A DNA stretch of 64,000 nt, from the NCBI GenBank assembly GCA_034521595.1, contig JAXHMG010000003.1, positions 32,001 through 96,000 of the forward strand, in the 5' to 3' direction. The position numbers and the translations under genes were made by a program. This DNA is from Gemmatimonadota bacterium. Its GTDB lineage: Bacteria; Gemmatimonadota; Gemmatimonadetes; Longimicrobiales; Gaopeijiaceae. The notes beneath the pieces are model-generated. The model had not been told where the DNA came from and searched no databases. It saw only the letters and a list, made by a program, of their open reading frames with translations. Of this stretch, positions 1 through 8,446 are shown piece after piece; the stretch's first letter is position 1; the number at the start of each line of letters is the position of its first letter.

Positions 1-88
1 TCACCCCGCCACACCCGTTCCGGGCCATGTAGGCCGGAGCGCCCGCAGGGCGCGGAGCCGGCAACATACTTTGTTAGCGGATGTTGGC
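1..88 (-). repeat. attC-like recombination site no. 2 (partial, truncated by left window edge)
   Basis: 1-33 matches 619-651 at 32/33 nt. It then carries the GGA-stem-GCA-stem-GGA hairpin (36-56), CCGGCAACAT and the GTTAGCGG core (73-80), in the same order as the complete site at 536-695. Confidence 0.8.
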
Positions 89-234
89 GTCCTGTGGTCC
101 ACGAAACACTTACGGTCGACGTCACGAGGAACGTCGCGTCGACGGCTATCCGTTCCGGTGGTTCGACCCCAAACGGAAACCCCGCGGACACACGGTCGAG
201 GGATCGCGCGAAGGGAGCCCAGGGAGCGAGCAGA

Positions 235-467
235 CCGAAGGTGTAACCCCAGCCGACCGAAGATGCCTCGGAGCGGGTGAACGCGCGATTCACCAAAACC
301 TCTTTGGCGCCGTCGACGAAGAACCTGCCGGGTGGACATCGCAGCCGTGGATCGAGCCCGCCCGACTGTGTGGAGCCACACGGGGGGAGGGACAGCGGCG
401 AATCCATAGGGTGGTGGGCGTGACTCGGGCCGAAGGTGCGAACCCAACTGACCGTAGATGCCTCGGA
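235..467. repeat. Internal 38-bp direct repeat pair in cassette 2 (235-272 and 430-467)
   Basis: CCGAAGGTGTAACCCCAGCCGACCGAAGATGCCTCGGA vs CCGAAGGTGCGAACCCAACTGACCGTAGATGCCTCGGA, 32/38 identical, 195 bp apart. Confidence 0.85.
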
Positions 468-535
468 CGAAGTCACTGCACGAGAACCTGAACGCGTCGC
501 CGCTGTCCTCGAACCTGACCATCCATGGCCAATGT

Positions 536-695
536 CCGCTAACGTTCAGATGTTTCCGACGTGGCCCACCACCGCTCCCTCCGGAGCCGGCCGCCCGTCA
601 TGAATACGGCTTAGGCGCTCACCCCGCCACACCCGATCCGGGCCATGTAGGGGAGCGAGCGCAGCGAGCGGACCCGGAAACATTCTTGTTATGGG
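536..695 (-). repeat. attC-like recombination site no. 1 (complete, 150 bp from AAC to GTT)
   Basis: CCGCTAAC (536-543) ... GTTATGGG (688-695). Inner arms ATGTTTCCG (550-558)/CGGAAACAT (675-683) and ACGTGGCCC (559-567)/GGGCCATGT (640-648). Side hairpin at 655-669. Confidence 0.85.
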
Positions 696-2027
696 ACGTG
701 TGTTGTCGCTCGGCGAGTCACCATGCTCCCCGCTCCACAAGAGCATGACCACGATTCCCTTACGGCTTGGTTAGTTCCAACATGACCACCGCCGGCACGT
801 CGAGCTCATTGAGGCGAACAGCCAAGATGTGCGTATCCGTGATGTCGAGCAGAGCGTGACGTACCCTGGCAGTTCGACCCATCCTTGTAGCGTCCCGTCA
901 CGAGTAATGACACGCCATCTGTCCGGGGGTTGGATGGGAAGGCCGTACTGGCCCAGCCACACGTTACCGACCCTATCTACATGGAAACCGTCCCAGTAGG
1001 GCAAAGGCCCGTCATGTCGATCCAGGCCTTCCTCCAGTCTTGCGATCTCAGCGTTGATGAAGGCCTCTTCGGCACCGCGGGCGGCGTAGGCCTCGCGGTA
1101 GGCTTGCGCCATATCCTGCTCCCAATCCGGAGTCAACGGAAACGGCTGCTCCTCCCAATGCGCGACCTGCAGCAGACGCCCCGAACTGTCGTACCAAGTG
1201 ACTTCCGGACGATCCGAACGTGCCCAGGCAAACCCGTCGGCAAACCCTCCCGCGCGACCCTTGACCGAAATGGGTCCAGGCCCTGCTCCGCGGGTCCCGT
1301 ACCACCGTCTGAGATGAGGCAACTCGGCCAAGGTATCCGTTTCGGCCTCGACGAGATCAGTAATGAGGATCGGCTGCATCTCGAAAACCCATTCGGGCCG
1401 CATTTCAGATACCCCGCTGTAGCCGTCTCCGGGTACGAGAAGAACACGCCCGTCAGCAAATGCAGATGAGGCGTAGTGGAGGAAGCTGCCCGGAAGGGGC
1501 TCAGTGGCCACTACTTCTCCCTCCCTCGAGAGGACCGTGATTCGCCGGAGCCTCCCGTCCGTCACAATGACTGAGTCGCCTTGCAAGATCAGCGCATCAA
1601 GGCCCTGATACTCCCCGGGACCTTCTCCCTTGCGGCCCCATACCTCCAGCACTGTCCCGTCGGGGGCGAGCCGATAGATCTTCCCTTCGCCGTACTCACC
1701 GATGAGTGCCCCACCATCCGGCATGATCTGGCCTGACTGCACCCAGGTGAACGTCGGATCACCAGCCGCCCAACCGAGTGAGAAAAGAGGCTCCGAATTG
1801 GCGGTCCACTCCGCCGAGCCCGGCGTACCATTCTGCACAATGCGGATACCCGACGAATCGGTCACCACGGCCTCGGCGCGGCCAGCGGTTTGTGCCTCTG
1901 GTCCACATGCCGACCCTAGGAGACTGAGAACCAGTGCTCCCGCTAGCTTCGGACTCTTCAATGGGGAAGCCTCCAGCTCAGTGATAGGTCAAACCCGGGA
2001 TCCGACCCAACAACACATGTCCCATAA
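543..2027 (-). mobile_element. Integron-like cassette 1 (single gene plus attC-like site)
   Basis: Starts at G|TTATGGG on the minus strand (2028/2027). Ends 2011-2028 and 688-705 are reverse complements at 17/18 nt. One ORF with RBS; visibly more A/T-rich codon usage than the flanking chromosome. Confidence 0.8.
760..1961 (-). CDS. 6-bladed beta-propeller-like lipoprotein (cassette gene); apparent frameshift near 851-854 affects the last ~30 codons
   Basis: TTG start with GGAGG RBS (1970-1974), lipobox LGSAC, propeller-like motifs (WGRKGEGPGEY, FHVDRVGNVWL). The called ORF ends at 771, but a shifted frame gives a more plausible end LLDITDTHILAVRLNELDVPAVVMLELTKP* at 760. Confidence 0.75.
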
Positions 2028-2040
2028 CTGTTTATTTCCG
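2011..2040 (-). other. attI-like primary insertion site (half site: L-like box plus G|TT core)
   Basis: Minus strand reads CGGAAATAAACA-GTTATGGG. It has the same T(G/A)TTTCCG box next to the AAC/GTT core as the attC sites, but no full partner arm. Lies between the recombinase stop and the first cassette. Confidence 0.6.
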
Positions 2041-2258
2041 AATCAACGTGTCGGGTTGCCCCGTTGGGGGCGTGGGGTTTCCGACGTTGATGGTCCCGTG
2101 GATAACAGGCTGCTCGATCCACGCGGTCCGGCCTCTGCGGCCTGCCTCGGTCGCGCCCGCCACTCGGCCCGCTCGGCATCTCGACCCGGCCGACTGTGTC
2201 CAACGTTCGCTACCTCGTCCGCGAGCGCAAGCGACAGCCGGCGCTGATCTCACGGCTC

Positions 2259-3443
2259 TCATTCCAGGTTGTCGAGCGGACTTCTGAGGGTTTCGAGCGT
2301 CGACTGGGCGACATGGGTGTAGACCTGGGTGGTTCGGGCGCTTTTGTGGCCGAGGAGCTCCTGGATGACCCGGAGGTTGGTGCCGCCCTCGAGGAGGTGG
2401 GTGGCAAAGCTGTGACGGAGGGTGTGGGCCGTCACTCGCTTTTGGAGTCCGGCGGCCTCGGCTGCCTGCTGGACGATGCGTTGGACGGACCGGGTCGTCA
2501 GGTGGCTTTCGGGCGTGCTGCCGGGGAAGAGCCACGGTCCGGTGGGGTAGGCGTCACGGTAGATTTGTACGGCCTCGACTGCGCGCCGTGCCAGCAGGGT
2601 GTACCGGTCCTTGCCGCCCTTGCCGCGGCGTACCCGTAACAGGCCGCGTTCCACGTCGAGGTCTTCGGGGGTGAGGCGGACGAGCTCGCTCACCCGCAGG
2701 CCGGCGCTGTAGAGCAGCATGAGCAGGGCTCGGTGCTTGGAGTTGCGAGGCTTCTGCAGGATGCGGGCGACCTCGTCCGGGGCGAGCACGGTGGGGAGGG
2801 GCCGGTCCTTCCTGGGTCTGGGGATCCGGAGGGCGACTCTGGGCCGACCGAGCACGGATTCGCAGAGGAACCGGAGCGCGCTCACGACCTGATTCTGGTA
2901 GCTCTTCGAGATCCCTTGGCCGCGGACCAGGGAAAGTAGGTACGTCTGAGCCTCTTTCCCCGGGTCGGACGGGAGGCTGGGGACGCCTCCACCGCACCAC
3001 TCCAGGAATCTGCGGATCTGTCCCAGATAAACCTTGCGGGTCTTGGGGCTGTACCCCCGGAGGTCGAGGGCTCTACGGACCCGCTCGAGGATCTCGTCCG
3101 GCGCTTCGGTGGTGGGTGGTCGCGTCGGCTCGTGTCGTCGAACGTCACGCTTTTCGTCGGGATCGGGACGGTCGAGGGAGTCGGTGCCTCCGGGCGGTTC
3201 CGGGGATGGGGCGGTGCGGTCGTCGATGACCCAGACCTGCTTCGGGCCGACCGCGCGTTGGAGCGCGGCGATGGCCGCGTCCGCGTGCGGCGCGCTCCAG
3301 ATGCCGCGGTCCGGTCGGAATTCCCGGCCGGGTAGCGCGCGGACGGCGGCGAGTGCGGGAGCGAAGTGTGAACGCCCCAACTTGATGAGAACGCGGTCTT
3401 CCCCGGGGACGACGCGAACGGTGACGGCGGGATCCGTGGCCAT
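2259..3443 (-). CDS. Tyrosine recombinase/integrase with SAM-like domain and extra HARP-like N-terminal domain; lacks the IntI insertion
   Basis: Catalytic motifs intact: GLRVSE, GKGGKDR, HTLRHSFATH, LGH, TTQVYTH. C-terminal RSPLD. SAM-like region RGYSPKTRKVY. Only 23 aa between KDR and WLFP. ATG at 3443 chosen (ORF extends to GTG 3458). Confidence 0.92.
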   Translation of the reverse strand: MATDPAVTVRVVPGEDRVLIKLGRSHFAPALAAVRALPGREFRPDRGIWSAPHADAAIAALQRAVGPKQVWVIDDRTAPSPEPPGGTDSLDRPDPDEKRDVRRHEPTRPPTTEAPDEILERVRRALDLRGYSPKTRKVYLGQIRRFLEWCGGGVPSLPSDPGKEAQTYLLSLVRGQGISKSYQNQVVSALRFLCESVLGRPRVALRIPRPRKDRPLPTVLAPDEVARILQKPRNSKHRALLMLLYSAGLRVSELVRLTPEDLDVERGLLRVRRGKGGKDRYTLLARRAVEAVQIYRDAYPTGPWLFPGSTPESHLTTRSVQRIVQQAAEAAGLQKRVTAHTLRHSFATHLLEGGTNLRVIQELLGHKSARTTQVYTHVAQSTLETLRSPLDNLE

Positions 3444-3500
3444 GCCCAAGGAAACCACGGGGTCCGGGGCGGTGGCATGGGGCGATCGGACCGTCGGTGG

Positions 3501-5042
3501 CTACCCGGTGCGCTCGATCTCTGGCCGTCCGGCGTCCAGGCGCCAGCTCGACGCGGTCGTGACAGGGGCTCCCGGGCGGGTGACGTAGTTGACGGTGCGG
3601 TAGTCGGCCGTCCAGGCATCCCCGGTCACGCTGCAGCGCACGTAGCCGCGGCGGCTGTTCTGCCAACGGACGTGGGGGTTGTCGCTCATCGCCTCCCGCA
3701 CGGAGTCGAACATGTCCGCTCCGTCTCCGTTCGAGCTGATCGAGGTGCCGACGAGCTCGGCTCCGATGACGGGGCGGTCGGGGCGGTCGTAGCCGGCGTG
3801 GAGATCGTTGACCCAGTTCGAGTGGCTGTCGCCGGTGAGCACGACGGTCCGGCCCGGCGCTGCGTCGGCGAGGGTCTGGAGCAGTCGGTCCCGGGCCACG
3901 GGGTATCCACTCCACTGATCCATGGATGTGACCACGTCCGAACCGGGGTCACGGTCGAAGGGCGCCATCATGATCTGTTGCGCGAGGACTTGCCAGGTGA
4001 CGCCGTCGCGGCCGAGCTGGCGGGTGAGCCACCGTTCCTGCGCGGTCCCGAGCATGGTCCGCCCCGCGTCGTTCCAGTCGCCGCACGGCACCTCGCGCCT
4101 GCCGTCGCCGCATGCCTGGTCGCTTCGGTACTGGCGCGTGTCGAGCGTGTGGAACGCCGCGGTGCGGCCCCATCGGAAGGAGCGCCAAATGGTGAGGTCG
4201 GCCCAGGAGCCCGGCCGAGGGATGCGCACCGGCTGGTGCTCCCACCAGGCCTGATAGGCGGCGGCCCGGCGGGCGCGCATGCGTTCGACGTCTTCGGGGT
4301 CGTGCTCCCCGACGAGATCGGCGTAGTTGTTGTCGACCTCGTGGTCGTCCCAGGTGACGATCCAGGGGCAGAGGGCGTGCGCGGCTTGCAGCGCGGGATC
4401 CTCCTTGTACTGCGCGTAACGGCGTCGGTAATCCTCGAGGGTGACGATCTCCGGGCCGTGGTGCGCGCGCACCTGGTTCTCCCCGGTCCCGTATTCGTAG
4501 ATGTAGTCGCCGAGATGCGCGACGAGATCGAGGTCCTCGCGGGCCAGGTGCTCGTAGGCGGTGAAGAGCCCCTGCTCGAAGTGCTGGCACGACGCGAACG
4601 CGAGATCGAGCCGGGCGTCCGTGCCGGTGCGGGGCGCGGTGCGGAGGCGTCCGACGGGGCTGTTGCCGTCCGCGAGATGGAAGCGGTAGAAGTACCATCG
4701 GTCGGGCTCGAGACCGTCCACATCGACGTGCACGGAGTATCCGAGCTCGGGCACGGCCGTATGCCGACCTTGCCGAACGACCCGAGCGAAGCCCTCGTCG
4801 CGGGCGACCTCCCAGTCGATGACGGTTCGCGTCCCATCCATGCCGCCGTGCTCCTCGAACGGAGCGGGCGCGAGTCGGGTCCAGATCACGCATCGGTCCG
4901 GGAGGGGGTCGCCGGAACCGACACCGAGTGTGAACGGATCTCCGTCGAGGCGCGGCCGCGACGTCACGCGCCACATGCCGGGCACACCCGCGCAAAGGAC
5001 GGCGTAGCGCGTGAGATCGGCCAGGAAGTTGCGGCGGTCCAT
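3501..5042 (-). CDS. phoD: Alkaline phosphatase D family protein (Tat-exported)
   Basis: DRRNFL Tat motif, FTLGVGSGDP, HLGDYIYE, WDDHEVDNNY, LDTRQYRS, DQWSGY, LTGDSH. Confidence 0.9.
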   Translation of the reverse strand: MDRRNFLADLTRYAVLCAGVPGMWRVTSRPRLDGDPFTLGVGSGDPLPDRCVIWTRLAPAPFEEHGGMDGTRTVIDWEVARDEGFARVVRQGRHTAVPELGYSVHVDVDGLEPDRWYFYRFHLADGNSPVGRLRTAPRTGTDARLDLAFASCQHFEQGLFTAYEHLAREDLDLVAHLGDYIYEYGTGENQVRAHHGPEIVTLEDYRRRYAQYKEDPALQAAHALCPWIVTWDDHEVDNNYADLVGEHDPEDVERMRARRAAAYQAWWEHQPVRIPRPGSWADLTIWRSFRWGRTAAFHTLDTRQYRSDQACGDGRREVPCGDWNDAGRTMLGTAQERWLTRQLGRDGVTWQVLAQQIMMAPFDRDPGSDVVTSMDQWSGYPVARDRLLQTLADAAPGRTVVLTGDSHSNWVNDLHAGYDRPDRPVIGAELVGTSISSNGDGADMFDSVREAMSDNPHVRWQNSRRGYVRCSVTGDAWTADYRTVNYVTRPGAPVTTASSWRLDAGRPEIERTG

Positions 5043-5093
5043 GGGAGCCTCCTTGCAGTCGAGGAGAGGAGTGGGCTGTGGTACCCCGCGACC

Positions 5094-5477
5094 CTACGTC
5101 TCCGGCGGCTTCGTCGGCTTGGTCCAGATGAAGGTCAGCCCCCAGACGACCAGCACGACGGTGAGCCCCTTGGTCCATCGGGGTGCGGCGCTGAACAGGA
5201 TCATGTAGCCCACCAGCGGCACGATGGTGGCCGTCGCGAGGATCTTGGCGCGGAGGCGGATGACGTGGTGCCGCTCCCAATCCCGGATCATCGGGCCGAA
5301 GCGGGGGTGCTCGAGCAGCCGTGTGTGCAGCCGCTTCGAGCCCTTCGAGAAGCACCAGGCCGCGACCAGCACGAGAGGCGTGGTGGGGATGACGGGCAGG
5401 AACGCCCCGACGATGCCGAGTCCGAGCGCGGCCCATCCGCCGGCGATCCACGCCCAGCGGGTCGTGCGCGTGCCCAT
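5094..5477 (-). CDS. YbaN/DUF454 family inner membrane protein
   Basis: LGIVGAFLPVIPTTPLVLVAAWCFSKGS...LLEHPRFGPMIRDW signature. Confidence 0.85.
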   Translation of the reverse strand: MGTRTTRWAWIAGGWAALGLGIVGAFLPVIPTTPLVLVAAWCFSKGSKRLHTRLLEHPRFGPMIRDWERHHVIRLRAKILATATIVPLVGYMILFSAAPRWTKGLTVVLVVWGLTFIWTKPTKPPET

Positions 5478-5567
5478 GCCTCCGAAGCGCCCTCTCCGGG
5501 ACTCGAGCGGAGGGCTCGGGGATGCGCGTGAGCGTGGCGTGTTCGAGTCGGGCACCATGTCCGTATA

Positions 5568-6221
5568 CTAGCTTCCGCGCTCCTCCAGCACATTCGCGAT
5601 CTCGTCGAACCCGACGCCCGCCGCTCGGGCCGCGACGAGGACGTGGTAGACGAGGTCGGCGGCTTCCTCGGGGATGCGGTCCGCCTCGTTCTTGGCAAGG
5701 GCGGTCACGAGCTCCGCGCACTCTTCCCCGAGCTTCTTGAGGCGGAGGTTCTCGTCGGTGAGGAGCTTCACGGTGTAGCTGCCCTCGGGACGCTGGGCGG
5801 CGCGGTCGGCGAGGACGGCGTCGAGGCGGGCGAGGACGGACTCGGCGGGCGGTGAGCCCGGCTGAGCGGACGCCGGCCCGGAACCTTCTCCGAAGCAGGT
5901 CGCTTCCCCGGTGTGGCAGGCCGGTCCCTCCTGCCGCACGACGGCGAGCACCGTATCCGCGTCGCAGTCGCCGTGCAGGCTCACGACGTGCTGCACGTGG
6001 CCGGACGTATCGCCTTTGCGCCAGATCTCGCTGCGCGAGCGGGACCAGTAGTGCATGCGTCCGGAATCGAGCGAGCGCGCGAGCGCGTCGCGGTTGGCGT
6101 AGGCGACCATCAGCACCGCGCCGGTGCGGGCGTCCTGGGCCACGACGGGCACCAGGCCGTCCGCCTTGTCGAAGTCGATGGCGTCGAGGTCTGCGGGGGT
6201 GCGGAGCGTTCGGTCGGTCAT
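5568..6221 (-). CDS. hisIE: Bifunctional phosphoribosyl-AMP cyclohydrolase / phosphoribosyl-ATP pyrophosphatase
   Basis: [52 protein letters not shown]. Confidence 0.95.
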   Translation of the reverse strand: MTDRTLRTPADLDAIDFDKADGLVPVVAQDARTGAVLMVAYANRDALARSLDSGRMHYWSRSRSEIWRKGDTSGHVQHVVSLHGDCDADTVLAVVRQEGPACHTGEATCFGEGSGPASAQPGSPPAESVLARLDAVLADRAAQRPEGSYTVKLLTDENLRLKKLGEECAELVTALAKNEADRIPEEAADLVYHVLVAARAAGVGFDEIANVLEERGS

Positions 6222-7090
6222 GGTTGCTCTTCGCGTTGATCTTCGATGGGGTGTCGGGATGGGGTCGTGAGGTCGGGGCCGTCGCGAAACCACGCCATGC
6301 GTCGGATGGCGGGCAAGTCGACACGGCCGCCGCGGGGCACGGCGAGGAGGTCGGGATCCTCGTACCACGGTTCGTCGAGCAGATCCATGAATACGGGGAG
6401 GTGGGTCGAGCCGACCACCCGGTAGTCGAACGAGCGCAGGAATCCGAGGCACGCGCGGAGCTCCCGGGCCGAGTGTACGGACAGCAGAGCGAGAGGGACC
6501 CGAGCTTCCCGTGCCCGGAGCGAGGTGAGGAGGCTTCGGGCGCCGGCGAGCACCCGTCCTTCGGCGCCCTCGACGTCGATCTTGAGAAACGTGGGGGCGG
6601 CGAGGCCGTCGTCGTCGACGAGGCTCGAGATGGTGCGCACCTCCACCGCTTCGGTCCCGCCGCCCAACCTGTGGCTCACGGACGAACCGGCGCCTCCGAA
6701 GTCCGCGGTGCCGTCGAAGTCGGCCAGCGCGGCGGGATGCACGGCTACCCGATCGGCTCGGTTCCAGCGCAGGTGTTGGTGGAGGTAGCGGCGGTTCTCG
6801 GCGGAAGGCTCGAACGCACGGACGGCGCCGGCGCTTCCGACCACCCCCTCCGCGACCAGCGCGGCATAGCCCCGATGCGCGCCGACGTCCCAGAAGACGT
6901 CGTCCTCCCGGAGCAGGCTCTCGAGGGCTTCGAAGCGGTCCCGCTCGTAGCGGCCGGACCAGACGCCCCGACCGCTCGCCGCGAGGCTCCACCGGCGCCC
7001 GGCGTTCGGTCCGTTGCGGATCCGCACGGGCACGCTCCGGATGGGGAACGACACCCACCGGCGCATCGGAACCGGGAGCCTCAGCGCCAC
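6218..7090 (-). CDS. FkbM family SAM-dependent methyltransferase
   Basis: [24 protein letters not shown] motifs. Confidence 0.85.
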   Translation of the reverse strand: MALRLPVPMRRWVSFPIRSVPVRIRNGPNAGRRWSLAASGRGVWSGRYERDRFEALESLLREDDVFWDVGAHRGYAALVAEGVVGSAGAVRAFEPSAENRRYLHQHLRWNRADRVAVHPAALADFDGTADFGGAGSSVSHRLGGGTEAVEVRTISSLVDDDGLAAPTFLKIDVEGAEGRVLAGARSLLTSLRAREARVPLALLSVHSARELRACLGFLRSFDYRVVGSTHLPVFMDLLDEPWYEDPDLLAVPRGGRVDLPAIRRMAWFRDGPDLTTPSRHPIEDQREEQP

Positions 7091-7136
7091 GGCGACGCGG
7101 TCTTCGGGTGCTCACCCGGCGGGCGCACGCGAAACC

Positions 7137-7907
7137 TCACTCCGGCACGGCTGGACGCACGTTGATCTTCCAGTCCGTGAGCGCGGCCTTGAGCGCGCCG
7201 ACGGTGGTGAGACCGTCGTGCAGGATGCCGGCGACGAGCGCGGCGGAGGCGTGTCCCTCCTTGAAGGCGTCGCGGAGGTGCTCGGCGCGGCCGGCACCAC
7301 CCGAGGCGATGACGGGGACGGGCACGGAGTCGGCGACCGCCCGGGTGAGCTCGAGCTCGTACCCGCTGCGCGCCCCGTCCTGGTCGATGGAGGTGAGGAG
7401 GATCTCGCCGGCGCCCCGCTCCTCGAGCTCGGCGGCCCACGAGACCGCTTCGAGCTCGGTGGGCTTCGAGCCGCCGTGCGTGTAGCAACGCCAGCTTCCT
7501 CCTTCCTCGCGGGCCGCGTCGATGCTGGCCACGACGCACTGGCTGCCGAAGCGCTCGGCTCCGAGGGAGACGAGCTCGGGATCGCGCACGGCGGCGCTGT
7601 TCACGCTGATCTTGTCCGCGCCGGCGCGCAGCAGGGGGCCGATGTCGTCGGCGGAGCGCACCCCGCCCCCGACCGTCAGCGGGATGAAGAGCCGCTCGGC
7701 GGTCCTGCGCACCACGTCCAGGAGCGTACCCCGGTCCTCCTTGGAGGCGCTCACGTCGAGGAAGACGATCTCGTCGGCGCCCTCCTGCTCGTAGCGCTCC
7801 GCCAGCGCGACGGGGTCGCCCACGTCGCGGAGGTTCTTGAACTGCGTGCCCTTCACGACGCGGCCGTCCTTCACGTCGAGGCAGACGATGACGCGTGGAC
7901 GGAGCAT
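7137..7907 (-). CDS. hisF: Imidazole glycerol phosphate synthase cyclase subunit
   Basis: CLDVKDGRVVKG, GADEIVFLDV, PLTVGGG, GAGEILLTSIDQDG, VIASGGAG. Confidence 0.97.
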   Translation of the reverse strand: MLRPRVIVCLDVKDGRVVKGTQFKNLRDVGDPVALAERYEQEGADEIVFLDVSASKEDRGTLLDVVRRTAERLFIPLTVGGGVRSADDIGPLLRAGADKISVNSAAVRDPELVSLGAERFGSQCVVASIDAAREEGGSWRCYTHGGSKPTELEAVSWAAELEERGAGEILLTSIDQDGARSGYELELTRAVADSVPVPVIASGGAGRAEHLRDAFKEGHASAALVAGILHDGLTTVGALKAALTDWKINVRPAVPE

Positions 7908-8446
7908 CAGTCGATCCGCTCCACGGCGACGGCGCCTTTGGTGCTGAAGACGCGCTCGCCTTCGACGAGTGCTTGCCGCAGGGCGAGGCCCGTGGCTTTC
8001 ACTCCCGCCTCGACCATGTGGTGCTTGTCCTCGCCGCGGATCACGCGTACGTGCAGGGTCGCACCGAGGTTCACGGCGAGCGACTGCAGGAAGTGCTCGT
8101 AGAGGCGCGACGGGAGCGGGCCCACGTAGTAGGGCCGTCCGCCCACGTCGACGGCGGCCTCGACGAGGGCCTCGTCCATGGGCACCTGGGCCCACCCGTA
8201 GCGGGTGGCTCGCGCGGGAACCTCGTCCCGGAGCGCTTGCCCGAGTGTGATCGCCACGTCTTCGATGAGGTGGTGACGCAGGTCGCCGGTGGCCTCGAGC
8301 TCGATGACGAGGCCGGCGTAGCGGGCGAGCGTCTCGACCATGTGCCCGAGGAACCGGTCCTCGACGCGCACGGTGGCTTCACCCGTGCCGCGGCTCACGT
8401 TTAGGATGATGTGGGTCTCGCGGGTTTCCCGCTTCAGCTTGCTCAT
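7907..8446 (-). CDS. hisB: Imidazoleglycerol-phosphate dehydratase (monofunctional)
   Basis: RETRET, FLGHM, HHLIED, PMDEAL, HHMVE, STKG. Confidence 0.93.
   Translation of the reverse strand: MSKLKRETRETHIILNVSRGTGEATVRVEDRFLGHMVETLARYAGLVIELEATGDLRHHLIEDVAITLGQALRDEVPARATRYGWAQVPMDEALVEAAVDVGGRPYYVGPLPSRLYEHFLQSLAVNLGATLHVRVIRGEDKHHMVEAGVKATGLALRQALVEGERVFSTKGAVAVERID

Larger units (their letters stand above)
1..542 (-). mobile_element. Integron-like cassette 2 (apparently non-coding; its attC runs off the window edge)
   Basis: Ends 528-543 (GCCAATGTCCGCTAAC) and 73-88 (GTTAGCGGATGTTGGC) are reverse complements at 14/16 nt. No convincing CDS inside. Confidence 0.7.

Noticed and set aside
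1-522. 173-aa ORF as the cassette 2 gene
   Set aside because: No RBS, Arg-rich composition, and it reads through the core into the attC-like site; not excluded but unsupported.
1-695. CRISPR array
   Set aside because: Repeats are long, structured and about 620 bp apart, with no short regular spacers and no cas genes.
2259-3443. Calling the recombinase intI, xerC or xerD
   Set aside because: It lacks the IntI insertion. It also has an extra N-terminal domain, an RSPLD tail and an adjacent cassette array, unlike XerC/D. Left without a gene symbol.
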